From: an uncultured delta proteobacterium
Lineage (GTDB): Bacteria > Desulfobacterota > WTBG01 > CAIYCZ01
Direction of reading: 5' to 3'
Assembly: GCA_963803975.1 (NCBI GenBank)
Contig: CAWDOY010000005.1
Span: 1-64,000 of the forward strand
Length of the DNA stretch: 64,000 bases
Shown: one piece after another, positions 41,001 to 53,060 of the stretch
Layout: every line of letters begins with the position of its first letter
Position numbering within the stretch: position 1 is the first letter of the stretch
Notes under the pieces: model-generated
Database searches by the model: none
The model's input: only the letters and a program-made list of their open reading frames with translations
What the model was told of the DNA's origin: nothing
Program-made: the position numbers and the translations under genes

Positions 41001-41750
41001 TTACTCCACTCCTATGTTCCGGCATTTAATCTGGGTTATTAATAACCGTCGCTGATACGGGTCATTAAACGGTCCCCATACTTTTTTCCCAACCCCTGTT
41101 TCGTGGTCTGGATTTGAAGCGGGGAAATAGGTTGACGTGTCGGTATATCCTTTTATCTGCTCGCCGGTTCTCACCAGCAGGGAAACATCCATGGTGCGTA
41201 TTTCTGAAGGGCTGGCAGGGCTGGCGGTAATGGTGCCGTCAGCAAGATGATATAATAACTCTATGGCATCCACATTATCAGCCACGGACTCAAGTCCGCT
41301 GTTGTCTGGCGGGATACCGGTCTCTCTGCCTAAATGGCAGGGTAAGCCGTTTGTCAGGCCATCCCGGCTGGAATCATTAATGCTGTTGCTGCCATCATTG
41401 GTTAACGCATACCGGATGTATTCAGTATTTTGAATCACCCCATCTTCATTATCATCATACGCAAACCTGCATTCCGCAACCCGCGCTATATTATTGCTGT
41501 CGAGCGTTGCCTCGGCCCGTTCGCTGGGGTCAAACCCTGCCTTTTTTAAATCCCGCGTGATGAAAAACAGTGCTGCCCGGAGATTCTGCTGCATGTCAGC
41601 CACCTGCTCCTGGGTAAGATAGGAGTTCTGCTGCTGTTGATAGGTGGCATACATCGCCGCAGAAACGATACCAAAAATAGCGATGGCAATCATCAGCTCA
41701 ACCAGGGTAAAACCTGCGTTGTTAAATTTTTTTAAAACTCCTGTTCTCAT
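41001..41750 (-). CDS. pilW: PilW-like minor pilin, copy A
   Basis: G|FTLVELMIAIAI, MQQNLRAA..AG, C-terminal RRLLIT..CRN. Confidence 0.85.
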   Translation of the reverse strand: MRTGVLKKFNNAGFTLVELMIAIAIFGIVSAAMYATYQQQQNSYLTQEQVADMQQNLRAALFFITRDLKKAGFDPSERAEATLDSNNIARVAECRFAYDDNEDGVIQNTEYIRYALTNDGSNSINDSSRDGLTNGLPCHLGRETGIPPDNSGLESVADNVDAIELLYHLADGTITASPASPSEIRTMDVSLLVRTGEQIKGYTDTSTYFPASNPDHETGVGKKVWGPFNDPYQRRLLITQIKCRNIGVE

Positions 41751-41804
41751 ATGGTATCCGCCTCTTGCTGAATGGGTTGTCAGCCCTTCATGCGCATGGT
41801 TATC

Positions 41805-42299
41805 TTATTTCCACTCTGACTGGGCCCACTGTTTTAAAACAATCCTTCCTGAAGCCAGAGCGCCGATGGCAAATGTCTCGTTTTTACTGTTCTGAAGATA
41901 CACGTAGCCCGGCGTGCTCAATCCCTGCGTGTTGATCGTCGCCCTGTCGTCGGCAAAGGAAATACCGTCCGATGGTATGGGGGCCCCTGTTTCTGCCGCA
42001 GTGACCGATGCCCTGCCGTGTCCAAAGGTAATGCCATCGGCCAGGGCTATGGGCTTGTCATTGCCTATGGTGTAGGTCCTGCCTGCGATGTTGAACTGTA
42101 CCATGATGTCCCGGTTCTGTTTTACCGCAGTTGATCGTGCCCTGCGGATGTTTGAGCACAGGTCTGCTGCAGAGTTGCGTAAGCGGTAGCTGGGAAGTGC
42201 GGTTACGACATTGGGCACGGCAACTAACCCCAGTATTCCCATGATGGTGACGACAACCATAAGTTCAGTCAAAGAAAAACCTTTTTGTTTTGTAATCAT
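41805..42299 (-). CDS. fimT: FimT/FimU (GspH-like) minor pilin, copy A
   Basis: G|FSLTELMVVV, ARSTAVKQNR. Confidence 0.82.
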   Translation of the reverse strand: MITKQKGFSLTELMVVVTIMGILGLVAVPNVVTALPSYRLRNSAADLCSNIRRARSTAVKQNRDIMVQFNIAGRTYTIGNDKPIALADGITFGHGRASVTAAETGAPIPSDGISFADDRATINTQGLSTPGYVYLQNSKNETFAIGALASGRIVLKQWAQSEWK

Positions 42300-42342
42300 T
42301 GCTTATCACCTCATCCTGGTTTCATCCTGTACCTACCCTATC

Positions 42343-42357
42343 GCACAAACCATTCCA
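42343..42357 (-). promoter_or_regulatory. Putative sigma54 promoter of cassette A
   Basis: TGGAATGGTTTGTGC (GG-N10-GC), 44 nt from the fimT start; motif and distance conserved in cassette B. Confidence 0.6.
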
Positions 42358-42668
42358 TGCTACGACCATCACCCGGAAGAGCTGCTAAAATTAACGAAAC
42401 TATTCGATTTTAGATGCATTTTTGTTTCGCCAGTATGATTTTTATTGTTAAACATCGGGCCCCCAATTAATTAACTTTATTAAATAATTTATTAATTATT
42501 GTCCTTATTCATACCCGGTTACTCTTCAGTGTAAATGCTGGTAGATGCTCTGTTGAAGAGTGCTATACGAGAAGGGAACTATAGTGCGGGCAACAAACGG
42601 AGAATACGTCCTTCTGCAAGTAAAAACAGCTATGGCAGCGCCATGCAGAGATTGATCAGAAAAATAAT

Positions 42669-42718
42669 AAAAAAGCCCTCTGCTGTGTTACCTGAAGCTA
42701 TTACACAGCGGAGGGCTA
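42669..42718 (-). terminator. Intrinsic terminator after pilY1 copy B
   Basis: agccctccgctgtgt...acacagcagagggct followed by tttttt on the minus strand. Confidence 0.7.
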
Positions 42719-42769
42719 TAGAATAAAGACCTGATGATTGGTTGTCAGGTATGCGGGCACATCGATCCG

Positions 42770-45700
42770 TTACTTACGATCCCACCCCTCTCTCCAGTAC
42801 ACCGTACCGCTCTTTACATTGACTGCCGGGATAACCGGAACTTCAACAATCACTCCGGTGCTCTGCTGGCCGTACAGGGTTCCTCCCGGTTGCTTGCCGG
42901 TGAGGATTCCAAGGGAAGAAGAAACCCCTGCACCCAGTTCCATTTTGTCAGCTATGTAGGTTTCCTGATTAAGCGCCGGGTTGACCAGTACGGATTTTTT
43001 ATACGCAGTACCCGTTTCAAAATAGAGTGCATAGAGCGTACTGCTTCCGATCGAAACGCATACCTCAGTATCCGGGGTAAACGCAGGGAAAAGTGCTATA
43101 CCGCCAAACACTGCGGGTTTATTGATCATGCGCTCTGACAGAGCACCTGGCGAAAGCAGTCTATACCAGCCGTCTTTTGCCTGTGCTTTTTCTATCAGCT
43201 CATCAAATGATATCTCTCCACCCCCTGGTAATTCAACCTTCCCATTTGCCTTGACTTTATAGTCGTCAGCAGGCAGGAGATTGTCCATGGTGAGCTTACA
43301 CGGCGCATTGTCGCCGTATTTATGGTAGCATTTTTTAACTTCACTTTTTTCATCATAGGTACTGTTGTAAAAGGGATCCTTAATGCCAAAAAGATAATTC
43401 TGCTGCTTGGCACTATCACTTTTAGGGTCCTTATCACCCGGAAATAAAAACTGACCGGTGCCTGCATAGACCCAGACATTATCCCTGGCATCAATGCTCA
43501 GCGCAAACGGCGCAGAGAACGGGGCCGGAGAATCAAACAGCGCTGTCCATGTCCAGGTGGCTGGATCAAGGCTATATGAGGCCTTGAGCCCTTCCGTATA
43601 GGTCGTGTTTTCTATTTTTACACCGATTTTATAAATTTTCCCCTTTCTGCTGCCGTCACTGTCAAGATACGATGCGCCCGACATACACAGCATCGACGCT
43701 ATAGTTAAGGGATTTGTCCAGGGATACCGGTGAATTCATGAAGGCATTATTTTCAACGGTCTCAAACCATCCGGGAAACTTTGCCGGGGTATATAATTCG
43801 CCGGATAATAAATCGACAATATACACACGCCCCGGTTGAAAGCTTGCGCCGGCATAATCGGTTGGCCCGGAACCAATAACGCAAAGCCATTTTTCATCTG
43901 CTGTTTTTCCCTCCGCTGTTTTCTTTGCCACCTTTATCACACCCGGGGTTGAGGTGGTAAACCCCAGCCCCGGAAAGCTCTTCTCCCACAACAATTTCGG
44001 ACGTGTCGGGTCAGTTACATCAAGGGCAAAATAGCTTGAGCTGAAGGTCCTGGTCTCTGTAGCTGTGCCGTTAAAGGCATTGGTTACCGCTATAGGGTAC
44101 CCTCCCATATTCATGCCGCCGATGATAATAGTGCCCCAGCCGTTGATATGCGTTGCATCAGGAGTAAAAATTTTCGCATCAGCTGCTTTCGGCTTTAAAT
44201 CAACATAGCTCAGGTGACTATAGTTGGGTAACGCGAGCCACTTCAGATGCGGCAGCAGGTTCCTGGGAATATATGCCCAGAGCTCCTCACCAATTCCAGC
44301 CGTGGCTCCCGGTGTAAATTTTTTCTCAGCAGAGTTATACTTCCCTGCGGCAAACGCGTGGAGCATTCCGTCATTGGCCCCCACATACACCACGGTTTCT
44401 CGAGGATTCGTAACCGTATAAAAATTGTAAAACTCCCGGTATGATTCATCATCATAGAGGAGGCCATACTGTTCCACTGGCTTGGATATGGTGACCGGCG
44501 TAGAGTACACGATATCACCCAGTTTCCACGGATGCGTCTCAGCACCGAGAGTAAAATCTTTTTTGCGCAGGGTCGGATTCCCGGTATAAGCGGGAGATTC
44601 ATCATTCACCCCGCGAATAAAGTTTATGATATTAGACACACGGTCCGCCTGAGCAGCCCCGAGGCTTTTGTAGGCACTGTCATCTGTAACATCCAGATAG
44701 GGCCGTAACGTTTCTGCTTTGTCAGTGGTGAAGGGGGTGAATTCCGTGCCGGTATCTGTATAGGTGAAAATCACCCGCTCCGAAGGGGAGCGTTTCCAGA
44801 GCTTGTTCCCGGCCTCCCAGATGGGCAGTATCTGTTCCAAGGGCAGGTACTCAGGGTCGCCCTTTTTCTGGTACGGGTTATTGTCGTCAATAGGGTAACG
44901 CTTTACTTTCGTATCCCCGGTTTTTGTATCATAAAAATATTCAATAATTCTATCCTCGGTAATACCCAGTGCCTTGTCCTGATTGGTATCCTCACGGATA
45001 TTACCATAGGAGTCTACCCACAGACACTGCAGGTATCCGGCCCAGGTGATATCATGCTCACCCTTCTCGTCAGTGACCCGCGGTTTAAAATAGGCCTGCA
45101 CCACGGTTCCCTCTCCTTCACCCTTGGCGGCAAACACCGACACCGCAGAACCCGAGGCTGATTTTCCGATCATAGCAGCAAAAGACTTGTTAAGCTGCTC
45201 GTCGAGTTTAAGCGGGTTGACTACATAAAAGTAATTGTCAGGCACCCCGTCACTATCCGCGTCCCATTCACGGGGATCATCGGGGATGTTGTTGTTATTA
45301 ATATCGTCAAATCCGCCCCACTTTGCTGCATACCAGAGCGGGGGCTGCAGGATGTTTGCCCCGGAATTTGTCCCCGGAGTAAAGGTCTTGGTGTAAATAA
45401 GCGGCAGCGCACTGTCCGGATGCTGCGGGGTATCAAGATAGTAATTCACATCCGATCCCGCATCAGTATCCACATCCCGCACTACCAGGTAGGTGCCGTC
45501 TTCAGTAGTACCTGATAGTATGAATCCCATGTGCTGGATGATGCAGCTTGACGCAAATTCAGAGGAATCAACAGTAATGATTACGGTATTGCCGGTCACC
45601 TGGTACGTATAAGAGGCAATGGCATCCATGTCATAGTCTGCGCCCTGTTCCTGGTCTTCAAAATTAATGCGAAAACGGCCATAATCAGACGCAAGGGATT

Positions 45701-47969
45701 CAACATATAAATGTACGATCTGATTCGTGGGCTGAAAAGCTCCCGGTGCGCCATTAATTCCCCGACAGCCGCCAACTGACTTGGCAAATGGAACCAGGGT
45801 TATGGTTTTGCCGCCGACCGGGATTTCAATTCTCGGAAGAGGAGAAGACAGGCCAACTACATATGCTGTTACCTTCTGCTCTTTATCCGCCGGGTTCAGG
45901 TCAGTTGTGTGTCCGTAATATGCCGCAGCAGCAGAATAAAACCCGCCCTGTTTGGTCGGCTCTTCAGGACAGAGCCCCCGGACATCTCCAAAGCTGCTTA
46001 CATTTTTGGGGGTGCACGCCCCATTGTTGGATGAGCCTGCCTGCCCGATAAAATAAGAGCCGGCGATGCCTTCCGCGATGCTGATTTTGCTGGCAACTTC
46101 CTGCGCGCTGAAACCGCTTAAATCACCGGTAAAGGAATTGAAAGCACTTCCCGGTACCTGATCGGTATCGTAATTCGGCGCTATATCACTCAGGACCAGC
46201 ATGAACGGCTTGGCGCAATAACCGAATCCATTCACCGTGTCATACGGGTCATTCCATGCGGGCTGTGCAAGCCCCAGGGTGCTGTCATCAGTTGTCCCTG
46301 AATAATCAAAAGCAGGGGTAGGCGCTTTTTTGCCGGAAAAATACCGCAGCGCTTCATACATCATCTCACCGATGGGGTTTCCCCACATGCGGCACTCGCC
46401 TTCCTGCAAGGGTCGGCTGGATATCCATCCGCAGTTTTGATTATAGGAGTTATCCGTGTAGCTATAACCAAAGATCCGCATTTTATTGATCGTCTGAATA
46501 ATACCATTTACCGTTGTCAACTGGCCGGACCTGGGATCAATTTCATCTTTAATTGACCCTATGTTTTTTCGCAACACCCCTCCTGATAAATTTTTCGCAT
46601 CGGTGCCGGTTGTGAGGCCGAAATACATCCGGTCAGACTCGCCGTACCGATGCAGAAGCCCGGTTGGTTTATATGCTCCGGAGGGGTATTTCTTACAGTT
46701 GGGCTCAGGCATCGAAGCTACACCCACCTGCACCCTTACTGCGTAATCTGTCATTGTCGAGGCGGGCACCGTTTTCTCCCAATAGAGAAAATAGCTGCTT
46801 GATCCGGTTTGCTGCTGCTGGCGAAAGATAATAGTGTGCGTGCCGGCGGTAAGAGCAATGCTGCCGATATGGGTCTTACACGAGCAGCTGGTGTGTGTTT
46901 CGTACCAGCCGGTGACCACTGTTCCGTCAATAATAAGTTCAACCGCGTCGTCCCCATCCACCGCAAAAGTCCAGGTGCCGTTTGAGGGGATTACAATCTG
47001 CCCCTCAAAAACAGTCAAATAATAATTCTGCTGGGCACTGAACGGATTGCCGTTGCCGTTTATGTCTGCAGCAGGGGCAGAACCGATCCGTTGCGCCGCT
47101 GTTGCATAGGTGGCGGCCAGTGTCTCATAAGCCCCATGATTTGCCGGGGAGGTGGTATAGCCGGCAGTATCATAAATAGTTTGCGTCAAATTTTGAAAAG
47201 CGCTTTGCGGAACAATCTCCCATAGGGGGCCCGCAGCATGAGCGCAGTTCGGGCCGCTTACCCCATTACGGCATTTCGTCCCCCCGTTTATCTTCTCAAT
47301 GGAAACCCATTCCCATATCCGGTAGCTGCTGTTATCAAGCACGCGCAAAAGCGGGGTCCCGTTATCGCTCAGGGTGGTGTTTGCAAAAAGGTGCCGGGTG
47401 CCCTGCACCGGGAGGTCGAGCGGCGTATACTGCCGGATGTCGTAGCCATCATGTTCTATGCTTGCATATTCTTTTCCCCAGGTATGCGCATCTTGGGGAA
47501 TATAGGCCCGCTGTAATACTGTTGCAGAAGTTGTATCAGTAGCCCGATACCCGCCATATAAAACTTTTCGCAGGCAATCCATGCGCGACATGGTCAGGTA
47601 ATTGAGAAAATCGCCGCTCCAGTGTCCTGAGCATTTTTTATTGCTGGTCGCGGCTATTGGCTCGAAACGGCTGTTAGCGCTGCTGTAGTCATAGCACTTA
47701 TAACTATCAAAATAGCCGTAGTAGTCAATGGCGGGGTTATACCCGACATCCAGAACGCCGTCGCCGTTAAGATCAGAGGCATCATTGTATGCTTCATAAT
47801 AGAGCTTGTGATCCCGCTCCATGACCAGCATCACCAGCGGCGGCACATCCCCGCTTAAGAAAATCGGGGATGGTTGACTGGGAGGAGTAGTAGCACCAAT
47901 ACCCTCCGAGCATACACAGACGATAGTGAAGCCAACCCACAGTAGATACGCCAACAGGTGTTTTGTCAT
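42770..47969 (-). CDS. pilY1: PilY1/PilC-type pilus tip adhesin, copy B, with PA14 domain (frameshift ~43680)
   Basis: ORFs 43662..48092 (likely start 47969) and 42770..43693; KLGDIVYSTP, VYVGANDGMLHAF, ELWAYIP, C-terminal YWRE. Confidence 0.9.
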
Positions 47970-48021
47970 GGTAGCCCGTGCTCCTTGGTGCAGGTATTTA
48001 CCGTCATGCAGGTATGGTGCA

Positions 48022-48723
48022 TCAGCGCGGTATAAACCCGTAGCCGACAATAACTTCTGAAAATGGGGTCGCGGGGTCTGTTCCCCCTCCATCCAGGCGA
48101 AGCTTTCTCGAAAATGTATTTTGTTTAGCGTCCCATGCTGGCAGGGTTCCGAGGCAATCCATATTATAAATAATTTTATGCATGCTCACTCCCATGCCCT
48201 CACTTCCCGAGGCAAACTCCACGCCGCCTCCGGCAATATATTTTACATCTATTTTATCCACATCCACATCAATGTTGAACCGGTCTTTGACTCGAATTTC
48301 TATGTCAGCTGCCTTCTCAACGCTGTCACGCTGTTTATTCTTATTCCAGACGCCGGACCCGGCAGGATAATCCTCTCTTCCTTCTAACAGCACGTTACCA
48401 TCTTTAATAGTTATGGTTTCGTTTTCGCCCAGGCTTGCCATAATCTCATTGTCTTCCCAAATGCCATATCCCTCTTTATTCCGTATAGCCTCGGCACCAA
48501 ACACATAGCCCGCCTCTGCCTGGTAAACGGTCTGCTTGTGGGCCCGTTCGTTGCCTGCAATATCAACCTCCGTGGTACTGGTCAGCATCGCGGCAACACC
48601 GATTATGCTGCATATGGACAGCATAAACATGGTAAGCACCAGTATAAAGCCTTGTTCACCGTACAGCAGAGCATGGTTATGCTTCATGGATGCGGTCCTC
48701 TTACTACATTGTTTTTTATTCAT
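48022..48723 (-). CDS. pilX: PilX-like minor pilin, copy B
   Basis: G|FILVLTM; IAGNER..YQAEAG. Confidence 0.82.
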   Translation of the reverse strand: MNKKQCSKRTASMKHNHALLYGEQGFILVLTMFMLSICSIIGVAAMLTSTTEVDIAGNERAHKQTVYQAEAGYVFGAEAIRNKEGYGIWEDNEIMASLGENETITIKDGNVLLEGREDYPAGSGVWNKNKQRDSVEKAADIEIRVKDRFNIDVDVDKIDVKYIAGGGVEFASGSEGMGVSMHKIIYNMDCLGTLPAWDAKQNTFSRKLRLDGGGTDPATPFSEVIVGYGFIPR

Positions 48724-48725
48724 AG

Positions 48726-49250
48726 TTACATGGCGGGGGAAACCAGAAAAATTAACGAAACCGCGCGTCCGCCTTCCATGGTCTCTACTCTGATGGTGGT
48801 TGTATTCTCCAGTGGGGAATTTGCGTCTATGTACCAGGTCACGCTGTAGCTTTTTCCCGGCAGTTTCGGCAGCTGGGAATCATCAAAACGCTCAGCGTTA
48901 GGCGGCCTAAGTCCCCATGCCTGCAAATCATTCTTTAGTGCTTCCCTATCATTACACACCAGTGTCTTGCGGGTTAAACTTCCAACTGCGGGATTTTTAT
49001 CAAGGGCTGCAAGCCGCTCGTATCCGTTATAGTTATCACCGCCGATTTTATAGTTCTGCCTGCTGAAATTAATAAGCCATTCCATCCACTCTTCTGCCAC
49101 CGAGGTTTTCTCTGTCAACACACCGGCAAAATAATTGCTGTGAATCGCCTTGGTCTGCATTGCCGCAACGCCCAAAAGCCCGATTGCCAGAACTGCAATG
49201 GAAACGATCACCTCCAGAATGGTAAAGCCTGATTCATTGAACTGTTTCAT
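48726..49250 (-). CDS. pilV: PilV-like minor pilin, copy B
   Basis: G|FTILEVIVSIAVLAIGLLGVAAMQ. Confidence 0.82.
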   Translation of the reverse strand: MKQFNESGFTILEVIVSIAVLAIGLLGVAAMQTKAIHSNYFAGVLTEKTSVAEEWMEWLINFSRQNYKIGGDNYNGYERLAALDKNPAVGSLTRKTLVCNDREALKNDLQAWGLRPPNAERFDDSQLPKLPGKSYSVTWYIDANSPLENTTTIRVETMEGGRAVSLIFLVSPAM

Positions 49251-49299
49251 GGCAGTACTCCTGCATGTAACCATGGGTTTTCCGCATATGGCGCTGTCA

Positions 49300-50016
49300 T
49301 CATTTCAAGCCCAGATTTCTGCATCGAATGTTAGTGATCAGCAGCTTGCGCCGGAATCCGTCATTAAACGGGCCCCACACCGTATTTTCTTTACCGGTTT
49401 CATCTTTCGAGTATGAGGCAGGGAGATACCGGATCGTATCAGTATGCCCTTTTATCGGGTATTGCGTGCGCACCAGCAGCGATACATCAACTGATCGAAC
49501 ATCTGCGGGATTTGCAGGGTCCGTTGCAGTGGTACCATCCGCAAGATGGTAAAAAAACTCCAGCGCTTCAACATTTTCAGCTAACGGTTGTAAGCCGCCG
49601 GAACCGTCTTCCCGTCCTACATTGCAGGGGAACGTGTCTGCACGGCCATCCTTATTTGCATCCTTTGATAAAGCATAGCGGATTATTTCTTTACTGATAA
49701 TCTTGCCATCTCTATCCTCATCAACTGCAAATTTAAACTCGGCTTTTTTTACTGAGTTTGCTTTATGCGCGGCAGCCCCGGCCTTTTCCGTTGGATCATA
49801 TCCCGCCATTTTGATGCCGCGGGTTAAAAAATAGATACCTGCCCGCAGGTTCTGCTGCATATCAGCAACCTGTTCCTGAATAAGGTATGAGTCCTGCTGG
49901 TGCTGATACGTTGCGTAGATGGCTGCAGAGGCAATCCCAAAAATAGCTATTGCTATCATTAACTCGAGAAGGGTAAAACCCCTGCTGCATGAATGTGAGG
50001 GAAGCAGCTTGCTCAT
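49300..50016 (-). CDS. pilW: PilW-like minor pilin, copy B
   Basis: G|FTLLELMIAIAI, MQQNLRAG..MAGY, CRNLG. Confidence 0.85.
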   Translation of the reverse strand: MSKLLPSHSCSRGFTLLELMIAIAIFGIASAAIYATYQHQQDSYLIQEQVADMQQNLRAGIYFLTRGIKMAGYDPTEKAGAAAHKANSVKKAEFKFAVDEDRDGKIISKEIIRYALSKDANKDGRADTFPCNVGREDGSGGLQPLAENVEALEFFYHLADGTTATDPANPADVRSVDVSLLVRTQYPIKGHTDTIRYLPASYSKDETGKENTVWGPFNDGFRRKLLITNIRCRNLGLK

Positions 50017-50086
50017 GTTGCTTTAGTCTGTCTTTTTAATATAAAATAGTCGGGTGCTGACACATGCTACTGTGTATGGGCCTATT

Positions 50087-50581
50087 TCATTTCCAGTCAT
50101 TGCCTGCCCATTGACTCATCATTATACTGCCGGAAGTTGTTGCCCTAATAGCATATGCCTGCCCTTTTGCATTCTGCAGGTAAACATAGCCACTACCACC
50201 GCTAAAACCCTGGGTAGTAAAAGTCACTTTATCATCAACAAATGATATACCGTCAGATGGTAAAGATGCTGCACTTCCCGCCGGCTTCGTTGCATTTCCA
50301 TGTCCAAAAGAGATACCGTCAGGCAACTCCGCAGGGGTGCCGCCATCTATAGAGTAGGTTTTAGTAGCAGCATTGAATTCTATACTCACGCTGCGGTTCT
50401 GTTTGACGGCAAGGGAGCGGGCTTTGCGCATATTGGAGCATAAATCTTTGGCACTACTCTTAAGCCGGTAACCGGGGAGCGCGGTTACAAGGGTTGGCAC
50501 TGCAATCATTCCCATGATACCTATAACAGCAACCACCACCATCAATTCTGTGAGACTAAAACCACGTTGATTTTTAATCAT
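50087..50581 (-). CDS. fimT: FimT/FimU (GspH-like) minor pilin, copy B
   Basis: G|FSLTELMVVV, ARSLAVKQNR. Confidence 0.82.
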   Translation of the reverse strand: MIKNQRGFSLTELMVVVAVIGIMGMIAVPTLVTALPGYRLKSSAKDLCSNMRKARSLAVKQNRSVSIEFNAATKTYSIDGGTPAELPDGISFGHGNATKPAGSAASLPSDGISFVDDKVTFTTQGFSGGSGYVYLQNAKGQAYAIRATTSGSIMMSQWAGNDWK

Positions 50582-50624
50582 TTATTATAATCCCTTCTAT
50601 GTTAATTATAGGTAATATTTAAAG

Positions 50625-50639
50625 GCACAAAACATTCCT
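50625..50639 (-). promoter_or_regulatory. Putative sigma54 promoter of cassette B
   Basis: AGGAATGTTTTGTGC, 44 nt from the fimT start. Confidence 0.6.
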
Positions 50640-51077
50640 TTAGTTAAAAAACTATTACTAAATAATTTTATTATTTCAATGTCTCGATTTAACTTTTATT
50701 ATTATATTCAGGAGAAATAATTATAAACACTGTCTGTTATAAGGTTAACCAGGATTATATAAAAACAATTAATAAAATTCTATAGTTATTTTAGGATTTT
50801 GCTTGGCATCGTCTCAATACCCATTAATAAAGCAATGAGCACTACGTAATTTATTATAATTTCTTGACACTGGAAATGAGCTATGTTAATTTTTTTTCAC
50901 GACCTTGGTCATATAAAAATATCTTCATCCTGCCCCCCTAAACAGTAACCACAAAATCATTTTGGTACCTTAGTGCCCATACTATATCCTGTCAGGTGTC
51001 AGGAAATAAATCTAAACATATTTCCCTGGACAGGATTTAGAGTCACAGAAATTGATTGATTTGCTAATGAGGCTGCC

Positions 51078-52253
51078 ATGAGAGATATTGTTATTGTTAG
51101 TGCTGTACGAACACCGATTGGGAATTTTGACGGTGCCTTAAAAGAACTTTCTGCGTTAGACCTGGGAAGTATTGCAATAAAAGAAGCGGTAAAGCGGGCC
51201 GGTATTGATCCTGCAGACGTTGATGAGGTTATCATGGGCAACGTGCTGCCTTCCGGCTTGGGCCAGAATCCTGCCCGCCAGGCAATGATTCGCGCTTGCC
51301 TGCCCATGACAGCAGGAGCCCTCACGGTCAATAAAGTCTGCGGCTCAGGGCTCAAAGCCGTAATGCTTGCAGCACAGGCTATTGCCTGCGGCGATGCTGA
51401 AGTGGTTGTGGCCGGCGGCATGGAGAGCATGAACAATGCCCCCTATTATCTGGAAAAAGCCCGCTTCGGTTACCGGATGGGAAACAGCCCCCTGATTGAC
51501 GGGATGGTACACGACGGGCTGCTTGATATAGTTAATAATTATCACATGGGTTATACCGCTGAACTGGTGGCCAAAAAATTTGCTGTCAGCCGGGACGATA
51601 TGGACCGGTTCGCCTTCCTCTCCAACAAGAGAGCCATGGAAAGCATTAATACCGGACTGTTTCAGGAAGAGATTATTCCGCTGACGGTCAAAAAAAAGGG
51701 TGGTGAATCTGTCGTGGATACCGACGAAGGCCCCCGGGCAACAACCATGGAAATTCTGGCAGCCTTAAAACCGGCTTTTAATAAAGACGGTGTAGTGACC
51801 GCCGGAAATGCTTCTAAGATAAGCGATGGCGCTGCCGCCATGGTGCTCATGGAGCGGGAAAAAGCCCGGTCACTCGGCATCCAGCCCATGGCACGGGTTG
51901 GGGCTCAGGGAGCAGCGGGCGTACCATTGGAAGACGTGCTGGTCGCGCCGATAGCATCAATCCCCAAGGTCTTGAAAAAAGCGCGGCTGACAATCGGCGA
52001 TATTGATCTCCATGAAGTTAATGAGGCCTTTGCTGCCTCAACCATTGCCGTTATGAGGGAACTGGGCATCCCCGAAGAAAAACTGAATGTGCACGGCGGG
52101 GCCATTGCCCTCGGCCATCCCATCGGAGCAAGCGGCGCCCGGGTGCTGGTGACGCTGCTCTACGCCATGAAAAAACGCAATGCCCGGCGCGCAATGGCAT
52201 CGCTCTGCCTGGGTGGCGCCGAAGCAGTGAGCCTTATCGTGGAACAGGAGTAA
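51078..52253 (+). CDS. Acetyl-CoA C-acetyltransferase (thiolase)
   Basis: [33 protein letters not shown]. Confidence 0.95.
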   Translation: MRDIVIVSAVRTPIGNFDGALKELSALDLGSIAIKEAVKRAGIDPADVDEVIMGNVLPSGLGQNPARQAMIRACLPMTAGALTVNKVCGSGLKAVMLAAQAIACGDAEVVVAGGMESMNNAPYYLEKARFGYRMGNSPLIDGMVHDGLLDIVNNYHMGYTAELVAKKFAVSRDDMDRFAFLSNKRAMESINTGLFQEEIIPLTVKKKGGESVVDTDEGPRATTMEILAALKPAFNKDGVVTAGNASKISDGAAAMVLMEREKARSLGIQPMARVGAQGAAGVPLEDVLVAPIASIPKVLKKARLTIGDIDLHEVNEAFAASTIAVMRELGIPEEKLNVHGGAIALGHPIGASGARVLVTLLYAMKKRNARRAMASLCLGGAEAVSLIVEQE

Positions 52254-52259
52254 CCGGTA

Positions 52260-53039
52260 ATGCAGTACCATAACTTATTAGTTGAGATTAAAGACACCAT
52301 CGCTATTGTCACCTTTAATCGCCCTGCAGTGCTCAATGCCATGAATACTGAAACGGTCACTGAGCTCGGAGATGCGGTAACGGCATTAGAGGGAAATGCA
52401 CAGGTGCGCGTTATTATCCTTACCGGTACCGGGAAGGCTTTTGTAGCAGGTGCTGACATTGCGGAAATGAGCACCAAGACACCGGCGCAGGCGCGCGCCT
52501 ATTCTGAACTCGGACACCGGGTCATGAATACCATCCAGACCCTGAAAAAACCGGTTATTGCCGCGGTCAACGGCTACGCCCTGGGCGGCGGTACTGAAGT
52601 GGTGCTGAGCTGTGATATCTGCATAGCTTCGGAACTGGCTAAATTCGGGCTGCCGGAGACAATCCTTGGGATCATCCCCGGCTGGGGAGCAACACAACGG
52701 GCCGCCCGCCTCATAGGAGCTGCTCATACAAAAGAGCTGATTTTCACCGGTGAGCTTATCGACGCGCGCAAAGCCTGTGAGATCGGTCTCATCAACCGGG
52801 TAGTCCCCCATGAGCAGCTCATGGACGCTGTCATGCTGTTAGCACAAAAACTAGGCGAACAAAGTCCACTGGCATTGTCCATGGCAAAAAAAATCATCCA
52901 TGAAGGCCTGGATCAAAGCCTGTCCGGGGGATGCAGGCTGGAGACAGAAGTTTTCTGCAGCTTGTTTGGCACTGATGATCAGAAGGAAGGGATGAAGGCG
53001 TTTCTGGAAAAACGAAAACCGCAGTTTTCGGGAAGATGA
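52260..53039 (+). CDS. Enoyl-CoA hydratase (crotonase)
   Basis: AFVAGADI, NGYALGGG.E, FGLPE..LGIIPG. Confidence 0.93.
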   Translation: MQYHNLLVEIKDTIAIVTFNRPAVLNAMNTETVTELGDAVTALEGNAQVRVIILTGTGKAFVAGADIAEMSTKTPAQARAYSELGHRVMNTIQTLKKPVIAAVNGYALGGGTEVVLSCDICIASELAKFGLPETILGIIPGWGATQRAARLIGAAHTKELIFTGELIDARKACEIGLINRVVPHEQLMDAVMLLAQKLGEQSPLALSMAKKIIHEGLDQSLSGGCRLETEVFCSLFGTDDQKEGMKAFLEKRKPQFSGR

Positions 53040-53060
53040 AAATCATATAAGGAGTACGCT

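Noticed and set aside
34581..47969. pilY1 repeats as a DGR or shufflon
   Set aside because: No reverse transcriptase or recombinase in the window, differences are not adenine-specific, and the copies are in direct orientation.
52260..53039. Crotonase ('crt') as part of carotenoid synthesis
   Set aside because: Name coincidence only; it is an enoyl-CoA hydratase paired with a thiolase.
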